Below, in pieces: positions 22,928 to 35,548 of a stretch of DNA of 64,000 nt. A program made the translations under genes and the position numbers. The stretch is from Octopus bimaculoides. Lineage: Eukaryota. Numbering within the stretch: position 1 is the first letter of the stretch; the number at the start of each line of letters is the position of its first letter. The notes beneath the pieces were generated by a model. It did not search any database. It was given only the letters and a program-made list of their open reading frames with translations, and was not told the DNA's origin. Location: contig NC_069003.1 in the NCBI RefSeq assembly GCF_001194135.2, forward strand, positions 32,017,369 through 32,081,368, given 5' to 3'.

Positions 22928-24019
22928 CTGTGGAAAAGAAATTGAAAGGGAAAAAAAACAAAAAAAAACCATAAATAATTATACTGGAATATTATAATTT
23001 CATTTTCTTTTCATCATCATCCTCATCAACATTTAATGTCCGTTTTCCATACTCGCATGGTCCAATCCATGCCAGCACGGAAATCAGATGGAATGTTAGT
23101 GAATGTTCATAATAAACATTCAATAACATATAAGTGCCATAAATAGTTAGGTAAGGCAACATACAATGGGACTGAGCACTTACTACATGATCAGAAACCG
23201 TGCTTCTTAACCACACAGCCGTATCTGCACCTATGAGTCACGCCTGTTCCTATAGCCATGCTTGCACTGGTAATATAGATGTGTGTGTGGGTGATATTTG
23301 GTAGAATCAGTGGAGTGCTCAACAAAAGGGTTTAGTTTCATTGTATAGCACCTTGGGCAAATACCTTCTACTATAGGCACAAGACCTGAAATTTGGGGGA
23401 AGGAGGTTATTAATCCCAGTACTCAACTGGTACTTATTTTATCGACCTCAAAAGAACAAAAGGAAAAGTCCACCTTGGTGGAATATGAATTCAGAAAATA
23501 AAACCAGAAGAAATGCCTCTAAGCGTTTTGTCCAGTATGCTGACGATTCTGCCAGCTTGCTGTCTTAACCCTTTCGTTACTGTATTTATTTTGAGATGCT
23601 CTGTATTTCTTTTAATTACTTTAAATATAACAAAGAATTTAGTAAAATAACTTAGTTATCATTAAGCTGGTGTTAGGAACATAAATTGCGACTAAGGTTT
23701 GGTGGAAGATTTTAATTCNNNNNNNNNNNNNNNNNNNNNNNNNNNNNNNNNNNNNNNNNNNNNNNNNNNNNNNNNNNNNNNNNNNNNNNNNNNNNNNNNN
23801 NNNNNNNNNNNNNNNNNNNNNNNNNNNNNNNNNNNNNNNNNNNNNNNNNNNNNNNNNNNNNNNNNNNNNNNNNNNNNNNNNNNNNNNNNNNNNNNNNNNN
23901 NNNNNNNGTTTACAAAAAATTTGGCTGCTATTTTTAGCAGTCAAGTGACTGTAAAGAAATTTCATTATGAACTGATGTCCTCTTAAACCTACACAACATT
24001 GATATTACTTCATCTTTAA

Positions 24020-24241
24020 CCCTTTTATTACCATATTTCTGTTGAGATGCTCTGTGTTTCTTTCATTTAATTTCAAATATAACAAAGAATTTACAAAAAT
24101 AACTTAGTTATCATTCAACTAGTGTTAGGAACATAAATTGTGACTAAGGTTTGGTGGAAGATTTTAATTCGAAACTTATGAAAACAAGACATTTGTAATA
24201 CAAAGCCAGAGCCGGTTTCAGCCGGGTTGGTAACGAAAGGG
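24020..24241. mobile_element. piggyBac-like MITE family A, 222 bp, TTAA-flanked
   Basis: TTAA-CCCTTTTATTACC ... GGTAACGAAAGGG-TTAA. An equal-length copy is at 39894-40115, a gap-truncated copy starts at 23569, and a diverged copy is at about 41705-41916. Confidence 0.8.
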
Positions 24242-24274
24242 TTAATTTAAAGAGACATTCAGTAGTATACTTAC

Positions 24275-24381
24275 ATCCTCACTGTCAAGTTTCTTTGCTT
24301 TCATTAATCTCTTTGCTTGCTTTTCCTCCTTTTCTGAGTCATAGTCATCATCACTGTCCGATGAATATATATTGCCACGAT
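24275..24381 (-). CDS. LEO1: LEO1 exon 12 (DRGNIYSSDSDDD...KRLMKAKKLDSED)
   Basis: TTTCTAG| acceptor and GAT|GTAAGT donor, phase 1 to 0. Matches human RIYSSDSDE...QRLLKAKKL. Confidence 0.92.
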
Positions 24382-24942
24382 CTAGAAACAGAGACAAAAG
24401 GAATACATCAAAGATGTGTTGGACACATAAATTATGTTTATGAGGAAACTCAAATGAACTTCCCGAAACATTGAATTAGTATGTTAGTGGTTTGAAATAA
24501 TTAGTACAAAAGGGCCGCTCTGATCTCTCTCATAATAATCCCCTTATCTCTTGACATACATAATACATAATACATACATATATACACACAGTGAGTTTCT
24601 TTCAGTTTCTGTCAACCAAATCCACTCGCAGCCCAAGGTGCATGCAGTGGGACTGAATGTGGAACCATGTGGTTGGGAAGCAAACTTCTCAGCCACACAG
24701 TCATATCCAATAATTACTCGGAGGTTATTGCTTACACAGGTAGGGAAGACAATATTACTAATCTACCAAAAGTTAATCAGTGAAAGAAAGTCCTCAAGAG
24801 AGCCATCAATGAGAGTCAGCAGCAAGAATCATCAAGAGAGTTGCTAACAGCCATCATTGAGAGTCAACAATGGGACAAAAAAAAAAAAAAAATCATCTCT
24901 CCAGGCCCCAATAAAAGCTATAAGAACAATCTAGAACATTAC

Positions 24943-25126
24943 CTCTTTTTGTCCCTGGTTTGTAGTTTTTCTTGATAGCAGACAGAGATATAGAAGCTTC
25001 ATCATCGTCATCGTCATCATCCCCTTCAATATAGGAGGAATTCATGCCTCGCACGTGAGCCTTTTCTCGGATTCGGCGTTGCTGACTTTCACGGCGAATA
25101 GAAGCACGCAGGCGTTCTTCTTCTTT
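24943..25126 (-). CDS. LEO1: LEO1 exon 11 ([18 protein letters not shown]...[12 protein letters not shown])
   Basis: TTGTAG| acceptor and G|GTAATG donor, phase 0 to 1. Near-identical to the conserved LEO1 motif. Confidence 0.95.
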
Positions 25127-25793
25127 CTACAATAATATAAATAAATGAATAAATAAATGAATAGTTTAGAATTCAAAATTAGTGTTATGTATTTTATGGT
25201 TTATTCAGAGGAGGAAGGGGTGATATTCATGACCATTTTGCAGAATATGTGATAAAGGTGGGTGGTGTCAACAAATAGAAATAGACCCTGACTGCTTGCA
25301 ACAGAGTATATTTCATGGAAAGCACTCAAGTGTTAGGAGGCAGAAGTACTCTGAGAGAGAGAGAGAGGTAGAGGGAGAGAGAGAGGTAGAGGGAGAGAGA
25401 GAGAACTTTAACTTAGAGCATTCAGGCTGTTCTGTTGATCTGATCAACTGGAGCCCTTGTCTCTTGTAACCAATGGGGTGCCAGGTTTTATATATATATA
25501 TATACCCATATATGGGTGATATTGGGTAGAATCAGTGGAGTATTCAGAAAAATGCCTGGTGGTGTTTGGTTACATGCCCTGTGTTTTGAGTTCAAATTGC
25601 ATCCCATGTCAAGCTTGCCTTTCCCTACATCAGAGGTTGATAAAATATGTATCAGGGGAACTACTGGTTGGTGGTGATGGTGGGGTTAATAAATAAATGG
25701 CCAAATCTCAGAATTTTGGAAGGTCATAACCCCCAGCATGGCCGCAGTCCAATGGTTGAAAGCAGTAACAGGAGAAAAGAATAAGAATGATAC

Positions 25794-25929
25794 CTTAATC
25801 ATTTCTTCTCGATGAGCATCTGGATCATGTCCAGCAATTGGAATAACCTTCACCTTCTGTGTTTTGGTTGACCTATCTGCTATAGACATTGTCATCTTTC
25901 TGTGGGTGAATGATTCTGTGGAATGAGGT
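25794..25929 (-). CDS. LEO1: LEO1 exon 10 ([26 protein letters not shown]...EMIK)
   Basis: CTCTGTCTCCAG| acceptor and AAG|GTATCA donor, phase 2 to 0. Confidence 0.95.
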
Positions 25930-26442
25930 CTGGAGACAGAGAAAAGGAGAGAGAGGTCCATTAATAATAAAACATGTTTTCTTCACATTTTTAAGAAAAA
26001 GTAATTAAATATAAAGCTATTAACATTATAAAAATTCTTCGGTCTTTTATAATACCAATGCTCTGGAGACAGATTTTCTCTATGAAACCAATTAATTTAG
26101 TAAAATATCTGTCATTATCAAGCTGGGGTTTGGAATGTAAATCAATACAAAATTTTGATGGATGGTTCTAATTTAAAACATTTTGAAATAAAAAGTTTGA
26201 ATATAGGACCAGCTGCAGTCTCTGGTGAGTTGGTATTGAAAAGGTTGAACAGCAAGACCAACCAGAAATTTACAACATGCTGTCTTGCATCATAAGACAC
26301 CAATGATAAATCCAATAGTGTTGAAAGCATTTCTTTGCTGATGTGCCAGCTAATGATTGCCTTTTCAGTAACAAACTCAAAATAATGGAAAGGTAATCAA
26401 CTCTAACTATTACAGGTACACACACACACACACACTATTTAC

Positions 26443-26577
26443 CTGAATGTCAGTTTGGTTTTGAATATCGATTGTCCTTGAAGACCAGTACCCTGGCGGA
26501 CAAACAAGTGGTTGTAATCTCCTTGAAGCAACATCGGGTGGACATCAAATATTTCACTGCCCAAGTGAAGAGAAATG
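26443..26577 (-). CDS. LEO1: LEO1 exon 9 ([13 protein letters not shown]...[24 protein letters not shown])
   Basis: TTATTTCAG| acceptor and AG|GTAAAT donor, phase 2 to 2. Not in the ORF track. Confidence 0.95.
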
Positions 26578-27167
26578 CTGAAATAACATAACAATGGAAG
26601 ATTGGTCGTTAATGGAATATAAAGAGTAAATATATTTTGGATTCAATTCTAAAATATAATACCAATTAAGTTCTGGATCAATATAATTGATGATAATTTA
26701 ACCCCCAAATTTGAGGTTTTGTGTATTTATTTAAGTATTTAATCTGGCTTTTTGTATACCAGAACTACATTACCTAATGTCTCAGAATCAGGTAGCAAAT
26801 TAGTGATTAGTCCACTGGAAGCCTATAAACAACAAGCTATTGTCCACAAATTGGAGAAAAAAGGAATGCATATATTAAAGGTTATCAGAAATTATGGACT
26901 ATATTGCTGGCATTTAAAAAATAATGCTGCACTTTTAGCTTGATTTCACCATTTTATTGCTAGCAAAAATTATTGTGCCTAGCAACTTATCGTCATAAGC
27001 CCCCCTAGTTTACAACACTCGGTCTCCCACCAGTGATATGGCCGCATTAGACGCAGGAAAATTTTTGGATACACTTAAAAGTTGAAAAGGCGGGACTGAT
27101 AAGGACAGTAAACGTGTTAATTTCTCTGAAGAGTTAAGCATGTAAGGGGTACAACTCTGTAAATATT

Positions 27168-27533
27168 ATTTTCTACTCTAGGCACAAGGCCCGAAATTCT
27201 GGGGGAGAGGACCAGTCGATTATATCGACCCCAGTGCGTAACTGGTACTTATTTAATCGACCCCGAAAGGATGAAAGGCAAAGTCGACTCGGTGGAATTT
27301 GAACTCAGAACGTAAAGGTAGACGAAATACCGCTAAGCATTTCGCCCAGCGTGCTAATGTTTCTTATTTCTTTATTGCCCACAAGGGGCTAAATATAGAG
27401 GGGATAAACAAGGACAGACAAAGGGATTAAGTCGATTACATCGATCCCAGTACACAACTGGTACTTAATTTATCAACCCTGAGAGGGTGAAAGGCAAAGT
27501 CGACCATGCTAACGTTTCTGCCAGCTCGCGGCA
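27168..27533 (-). mobile_element. Dimeric tRNA-derived SINE with an 18/19-bp target-site duplication
   Basis: Flanks are TACAACTCTGTAAATATT (27150-27167) and TACAACTCTTGTAAATATT (27534-27552). Confidence 0.75.
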
Positions 27534-28269
27534 TACAACTCTTGTAAATATTACTAATTGTTAGACTATGGCATGTTGGAATTGTCATTTCCTGACAAAA
27601 TATTTTTTAAATGAGTCAACAAGAAGGTAGGGCTCTACATGGTTGCTCGTTCTGCTAGAAACAGTGACCAAAATCTGCCTCAAGTCACTCCAACCATTTT
27701 GGAACACCTCTGATAATAGTTTTGTTCAACCAAGTTTTACTGAATAAGCCAATGAAGGAGCTTCTACGTGGTCACTTGATCTGCAAGAAATAGCAGCTCA
27801 TATCATAACATTATTTTAGATAAAGAAGGATAGATTGCACAGTTATACCCTTTGATATTCAAAAGACAGAATGGTTACAGAGAATACTTTTGATGATAGG
27901 TATGCTTCATCCAAATTCATCTAGGATCAATATTGTGGTCATTCAATCTGCTAGAAACAGAAACCAAATCTCTCCAAAGTCACTTGTGGTATTTGTTTTG
28001 GCTCTAGGTACTCAAGTTCAAAGGCTTATGAATTAAGTACCACTCCAGTACTCTTACTTGTTTTGGTCACCGGATAGCAGCCATGCTGGAGCATCACCTT
28101 ATTAGGTTAGTCAAATAAATCAGCATGGAAAGCAGACATTAAATGACAATGATTTTATCTGTGGATTGTATCCCTAATTCAAAGGTGCAGCCTGTTACAA
28201 ATCCACAAGAGCTGTGTGTTTAATTAATACATTTTGCAGAGTAGAATTTGATGCCTTTTAAAAACTCAC

Positions 28270-28388
28270 CTGCCATCAGACCACCGAACCATTCTGGCAT
28301 TACTTTCTCGAAGAATGTTACCATTTTCATCTTTCATTTCATTACCACTTTCATCCTTTTTAGTTCTCCACCGAATAGTATTTTCAAC
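28270..28388 (-). CDS. LEO1: LEO1 exon 8 (VENTIRWR...[14 protein letters not shown])
   Basis: TATTAAG| acceptor and AG|GTGAGT donor, phase 0 to 2. Confidence 0.95.
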
Positions 28389-28689
28389 CTTAATAGTTAA
28401 GAAAAAGAAGACAAAACAAACCATTAATGAATAGACGAAAAACAAGAAATGAGTCATTAGCAAGAAAGGAAGGGATGATACGTTAATGAAACAAATATGT
28501 TAATGAAATGATATGTTAATGAAACAAATATAGAAAAATTGTATGAAGAATGAGAAAATTTTCCAATTCCCAATCATTTGTGGTCATGAATGTTGAGTAA
28601 TAACCGAAGGAGTATGATTGCGAATGTAACTGCTCAAAACAGAAGTCCTCTGAAAGATCTCTGGAATAACATTACTTGACAGGGTGCAT

Positions 28690-28900
28690 GGCTTGGAGGT
28701 CAAGGAGCCTCCCCAGTTGAGCCACTACTTCTCCACATTGAGAAGTCACAACTTCAATACTAAAGACATGCAATTAGAATATCACAGGAAAGAACTGTGA
28801 GACAGATTCTTCAAGCCAAGCCAACCAGCAGGAGGCCTAAGGGTAGACCAAAATTGAGATGGTTATGATGCAATGATGGTTGTTTCTGACTGGACCCTAT
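28690..28900 (+). mobile_element. RTE LINE fragment (PTSRRPKGRPKLRW motif)
   Basis: Decayed RT C-terminus, homologous to 46020-46200. Confidence 0.5.
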
Positions 28901-30796
28901 GGAAGAAGTGCCTGAGGACTCTATCCCACAGCCCTCCTAGGAAGACAGATAGTTCAGCAAAAGAGACTGAAAGAATAAATGGCAGGTTTAAAAGCAAGTA
29001 CAGAGATCAATTTGTCCAACCAAACCCTTCAAGGTGGTGCCCCAGCATGGCAACAGTCCAATGACTGAAACAATATATATATATATATATATATANNNNN
29101 NNNNNNNNNNNNNNNACACACACACACAAGTAGAACAGTCATGGTTGGAATGCCTTTGATCACAGGTTTGACAAAGTCCCTTAACCCTTAAACTATGAAA
29201 ATATATTTCATGATTATTCCAAAAATGATGTTAAATATCTACCAAAAAATAGAACTGGTATTTTCTGCAAGTCACATAGCTTCAATAAACTTGCCAAATC
29301 TTAAGAGAAAATAGTTTCAAACACAACATTTTTCAATAAAAGGTATATAAAACTGCTTTCTGCAGCCAAGGGTTACGAAATTTCGAGTGAATAGATCTGA
29401 TTTTCACAGTAAAAGGAATAACTATATTATAATGGTGACTGATATAATATAGTAACATCAGACTTTAGTGATTATCCTAGATTCTATCACTATATGTGTG
29501 TGTGTGTGTGAGAGAGAGAGAAAGAAAATTCCATTCCCATAAACTGAAGATACAGCTGCTTCATCCATTCTGAATAATTAAAAACATTATGGTATTGAAA
29601 ATAATATGTAGTTGAATTGACGGATGACAATATTAAATAATTGCTTTACATTTACCGGATGTATTACAGTAGCTTAGAATGAGGTGGACAATCTGCTGGA
29701 ATGCTATGACTCACATCAAGGTAGAAATGTGAAGGAGAGGCAATAATGTCTGGGATGGGTGACATTTCAGCAATAGAACTTTGCATTTGGTATCAATAGA
29801 AAGCAATACGGTTGTATGATGCCTGTTTCAACAGCACTGAGAGATATGGAAGTAGTATAACAGGCAAAAAACTGAAGATGTGTTACAGAAATTGGAGAGG
29901 AATGAAGTATGAATGATTTCACTGATCAACTGACTATAAGGTTAGTGGAAAGTATAAGAGAATAATGGTTGTATTGAGCTGTTGTTTATTCAGGACAGAT
30001 GGAATAACAACCTGCTTGAGACTGTTCCTTGTTCTACAATACAAACTTACAGTTTAAAGGTGGTTTAAATTAAAACCATCCATCAGAATTTCATGTTAAC
30101 TTAGGTTCTAAACACCAGCTTAATATTCCTTTCTACTATAGACACATAGCTTGAAATTTTGAGGGGAGGGTGCATGTTGATTACATCAACCCCCAGTACT
30201 TGACTGGTACTTATTTCATTGATTCCAAAAAGACGAAAGGCAAAGCTGACCTCAGTGGAATTTGAACTCAGAACAAAAATATGAATGAAATACTTCGAAG
30301 TATTTTTTGCCCAGCGTGCTTATGATTCTGCCAGCAGTTATTTTATTAAATTCATCATCATTTAATAAAAAAAAAAATTAATTGAAATAAAGGTGGAGTT
30401 TTTCAACAGAAAGATGGTAACAAAAGGGTTAGTCATAGGTTTGTTTCACCAGGCCTGACATGGGGGGGGGGCGGGCTAAGCAATAAGAACAACACCACTG
30501 CTTGCTCACTGCCATCATCATCATCATCATCGTTTTCAGGATACAAGAACAAACTCATCAAAGAAGGAAGATCTACACAGCTATTAAACAGGTTAGAAAT
30601 AGTAGCTAAATCCCCATTAAATCATCAGATCATATACTATCATCTTACAAAATAAACAAATAAATTGCAGTCTGTTGGAAGGTGGGATGGCTATGACTTG
30701 TATGTGTCTGATCATAGGTCTGTTTGCTTGCTCATGGTTGTCCTAGGGTTAAACAACAACAAAATAACTGTACAATTTTATTAGAAAAATGTTTAC

Positions 30797-30881
30797 CTTT
30801 AATTTCAACCTGGCTCTACCTTCTTCATCTATCACTTCATCTTCATCTATTTCATCTTCATAAGTCAAGGCATCAAAAGGT
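30797..30881 (-). CDS. LEO1: LEO1 exon 7 ([29 protein letters not shown])
   Basis: CTCTAG| acceptor and AAG|GTAAAC donor, phase 2 to 0. Confidence 0.95.
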
Positions 30882-33800
30882 CTAGAGATTAAATAATAAA
30901 TAAATACACAAATTTTAATACAGGTGCATGAATATATTATACAAACACTCACACACATATATAAACACATATTTATATAAGTATATCATTATCACCATCT
31001 TACATTTGCCTTCATACTAGTGTGTGTGTGTGTGTGTGAGATGACAGGATCTGACAAGATGGAAGACTGCATTGTATTATACCTCAATAAAATTATGTAT
31101 GTATGTGTGTATTTGTATTCATATAATTATATAGATATACTCATGCATACACTATTTCATTTCTACTCTAGGTGTTTCGCATGCTTCTAGTGCAGCATCT
31201 GCATCTTGCATTCATGCACACCAATGCAGCCAAAATGTTCCAATTAATACTTTACTCTGATGCTGGAAACCTACTATTGTTAGATGGAGCTGGAGGCCTT
31301 GTTTCCCATCACAAGGTGGGTAATGGCAGATGGAATTTAAACTGCCAGTAAACAGAAATGGCAATGCATCTCATCTATAAAGCCTTGCTAATCTATAAAT
31401 TCTACCACTCTGGACTGGGCACTTTATTAATCCAAAAAGGGGCAAAAGGACAAAGAACCAGTGCAAATAGTGTAAGGCATTCTATCCAATGGTTAGGCTT
31501 AAGGATGTTAGTAAATAATTAAAAAGGTTAATCACAAATAACCAACTGGGAAAGTAAATGTGATGATGATGATGAAACTAAACTGTGTGTGTGAGAGAGA
31601 ACACGAAGGAGAGTGTGTGTGTGTGTGTGAGAGAGAGAGAACATGAATGAGAAAGAAGAGGCACGACAGAAAGAGTGAGCATGAGAGTGTGAAAGAGAGA
31701 ACATGATGGAGAGAGAGTGGGCATGAAAGAGAAAGAGACAGAGCATGAGAGAGAGAGACAGAGACAGAAATTACCTCCATCTTTTGCTCTTTCCAAATTA
31801 TACACATAAGGTAAGCTCTAGACATTTGTTAAATAGTAACACTTATTAGAATTGTTTACACATTTTTTTATACATTTTTCCGTATTTTTTTTTTCTTTTG
31901 CTTAGTTGCAATTATGCAAATGCAGAATTGGACGGTTTCGGAAATGGAATTGTTTGAGAAGAACACTTTTCCTTTTTTTTTAAGTTAATTATTTCTACAT
32001 AACATTATTGAACAGAGAAATTCACTCAACATTTGTAAATGGAGGGGGAGGGAGGGACAGAGAATAAAGAGAGAAAGTTAGAGAGAGATAGCTACAAATG
32101 TGTGTGTGTGTGTGTGATAAAGTTGGTATGNNNNNNNNNNNNNNNNNNNNNNNNNNNNNNNNNNNNNNNNNNNNNNNNNNNNNNNNNNNNNNNNNNNNNN
32201 NNNNNNNNNNNNNNNNNNNNNNNNNNNNNNNNNNNNNNNNNNNNNNNNNNNNNNNNNNNNNNNNNNNNNNNNNNNNNNNNNNNNNNNNNNNNNNNNNNNN
32301 NNNNNNNNNNNNNNNNNNNNNNNNNNNNNNNNNNNNNNNNNNNNNNNNNNNNNNNNNNNNNNNNNNNNNNNNNNNNNNNNNNNNNNNNNNNNNNNNNNNN
32401 NNNNNNNNNNNNNNNNNNNNNNNNNNNNNNTATATATATATGTATATATATATGTATATATATATGTATGTCTTCATATATATGGAACAGATAATTCTAT
32501 AAACTATTTAACACACCACCCCGCCAAATAACAACAACAACACCAACAACAACAACAAAGGCGACCAAATGCCGTTTTGTACGACCAAACTTCCTTTATA
32601 TGAAAGTGCTTAGCATAAAATAACCCAGCATATTATTTATAGGTATGGAAGTGTCGGTTTTATCTGCAACCTTTGACATAAACCTCTTCCACTAAATTAT
32701 GGAGATGAGAAGAATAATTCTGAATGTATTATTCCAACAGATGGAATAATAATAATAATGATGATAATAATAATAATAATAATAATAAGAAGAAGAACAA
32801 CAACAACAACAAGCTCAGCGTCACTTTGATGGTGTGTTCTGCTCTCTCACTCAATAATAATAATAATAATAATAATAAGAAGAAGAATAACAATAATAAT
32901 AATAATAACAACCCCAGCATCACTTTGATGGTGTGTTCTGCTCTCTCACTCAATAACAACAACAATAATATAAACAGATGGAATAATAGAAAAAAAGAGA
33001 GAAAGAGAGAGAGAGATGAATGAAGTGTTATTTAATGTGGGGTGTCCAAATTAGCTCCAAGTGAATTATTATGTATGAACTGGTTGTTACTTCCTCTGTT
33101 CCACACACATATATCACTCATTTTAAAACAAGACACCATCGGATGAGCTAAACAGGAAAAATACACCTACCCCCACTCCTTACTCATAATAATCTCTCTA
33201 CTTATACACACACACACATACACACACTCATACACATGTAAAAACAAAATCACATCCATACCTCCCACGCACATAAAATGCCCCCCCCCCCAGTGAAGGG
33301 CACGGGGGTGGGAGTGGGGTTCACTCAACCAGTTGAGAAAACCAGCCAAATCTACCTCAAAACACACTCCATGTCTTAACCCTTCAGCATTCAGATTTTG
33401 AATGTAATGCTTATTTATTGACACTCTTTTGAATTAGTCATGCATTATCTCATAGCTTCAACATTTTGATGATGCGTTTGTTTATTTTTAGAATGACATT
33501 GTAAGGTAGGTGTGAGAGGCCAAACTTGGTCAGCTAAGATGTTAAAAGCTTAAAAAAAAAAAACGAATGGACAATGTAGTTCTAGAAGTACAATATATAC
33601 TTTATAAAATATAACGTATATTACACACACACGTACATACATACAGACATATATACAGATATGAATTTTATCAATTAACTGCCAGTGCTGGTGACACATA
33701 AAAAGCACCATTTGAGCATGGTCATTGCCAGTGCCGCCTGACTAGCTCCCATGCCGGCGGCATGTAAAAAGTACCATTCAAGTGTGGCTGATGCCAGTAC

Positions 33801-34469
33801 CACCTGACTGGTCCTCATGCCGGTGGCACGTAAAAGCACCCACTACACTCTTGGAGTGGTTGGCGTTAGGAAGGGCATCCAGTCATAGAGACCATGTCAA
33901 AGCAGACAGTAAAGTTTGATGCGGTCTTCTGGCTTGCCAGCTCCTGTCAAACAGTCCAATCTATGCCAGTATGTGAAGTGGACACTAACCCCTTTTGCAG
34001 TTAAACCAGCTATATCTACCTCACATATTCTACATATTTTATACTAAAACCGACCAGATATGGCCTCTCACACCAACATCACAATGTCATTCTAAAAATA
34101 AACAATCACATCATTAAATTCTTGCAGCTACAAGATAATGTAGGATTAATTCGAAATGATGTGAATAAATAAACCTTACATTTGAGAGAGTAATCTGAAT
34201 GCCAGAGGGTTAAATGATGACGATAACGATGAATGCATATTAAAGTATTTATTTTGTGAATAAAAATAGCTATGAAAAGTTTCCTGCTGAGATTCATTTG
34301 GTATGATGCTAAATTTATTGATGATGCATTAGCTGACAATGAAATTACAGGCAATGTATTTTATTTATCGCAGTATAATTAACCAGTAATGATTTCACAG
34401 TGAACCAAATTATTGTTGTGGATTTGAATTTTAAAATAAATGAACTGATAGAAGATGTGAAAAAGTAAC

Positions 34470-34660
34470 CTTGTTTCAACACTGAGGAAATTTGGTAGTT
34501 TGACATAATGAAGGGATTTGCCTAGTTTGGTAACAATACGTGGAATTTCAACTTCAATCATTGTCTCTGGAGGTTCCTCTTCTTGTGGGGCTGCAGCCCC
34601 TGTTTCTCCATCTCCTTCTCCTTCTCCTTCTTCATCTTCATCTTCAATTAAAGGTTTTGT
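34470..34660 (-). CDS. LEO1: LEO1 exon 6 (...[35 protein letters not shown]), start of the Leo1 domain
   Basis: CTATCCCAG| acceptor and AG|GTTACT donor, phase 0 to 2. Confidence 0.94.
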
Positions 34661-35474
34661 CTGGGATAGAACATGATACAATGGGTAAGATGAAGACACC
34701 TCTGAGAAGAAAAGGGTAAGAAAAAACAAAACAAACCCCCAACATAATGGCTGGGCTCCAGCAAGACACAACCAACTGGAATAAAACAGCAAATATTTAG
34801 CTAGAAATGTTAGTGTGTTCAAGTGAACATTAAATCCTTCTTCATATTTATTTATTTTGACTAACTTTAAATATACTTCATTTTTGTATCTGGTTTGCAA
34901 GATTCTTTATGCAAATTTGTGTGTTGAAACAAATTTTGTTGTGTCTAAGGAGAGTCAAGATGGAATTGAACCAGTGCATGTGTGAATTATACTGGCATAA
35001 TGACTCTACCTAGACAACAAAATTTAAATAGACTCTTATATTGTGAGTGGATGGCAGCATGTGTAGAGCAGCAGGCAAAATAGCTTGTGTTTTTTGGTTA
35101 TATCTTCTTTATGCTTTGAGTTCAGATCATAGCTATGACTATGTTACCTTTCATCGAGTCTGAATGTAATAAAATAAGTTACCAACTATACCTTAAAAGG
35201 CATGCCTCAGCATGGCTGTTGTCCAGGGACTGAAAACAATAAAAGAAATAAGAGAATATCGAATTTATTCCCATGATCCAAAGAATGAATATGGTATATT
35301 CTCTGATTGGCTTCAGTAAATGGACTGTGGCCATACTGCCATACCGTGGCACTGCTTTCAAGAGTTCTTATGTCAATTATGGTGTATGCTGCATATGTAA
35401 GAAGCGCTGTGATTTCTTGTAGTTAAAATTCCAAAATGTTCTTTGTCCATAACGAAGGAAAAAAAAAAAATTAC

Positions 35475-35548
35475 CGTTTTACTTTCTTCGTCTTTATCTT
35501 CATCTGAGGAGACGTCATCCATTTCACCAAATATAGCGTCTGCTGTGG
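35475..35548 (-). CDS. LEO1: LEO1 exon 5 (ATADAIFGEMDDVSSDEDKDEESKT)
   Basis: TTTGTCTACCAG| acceptor and ACG|GTAATT donor, phase 1 to 0. Compare human DLFGGADDISS. Confidence 0.9.

Noticed and set aside
22755-22997. Hydrophobic 80-aa plus-strand ORF that looks like a membrane protein
   Set aside because: It is the antisense reading of the Asn/Glu/Ala-rich last LEO1 exon. The same applies to 13876-14058 against MRGBP exon 4.
29600-29930. Faint resemblance to a Tc1/Tc3 transposase GGG.VMVWG region
   Set aside because: Too decayed to support a call without an alignment.
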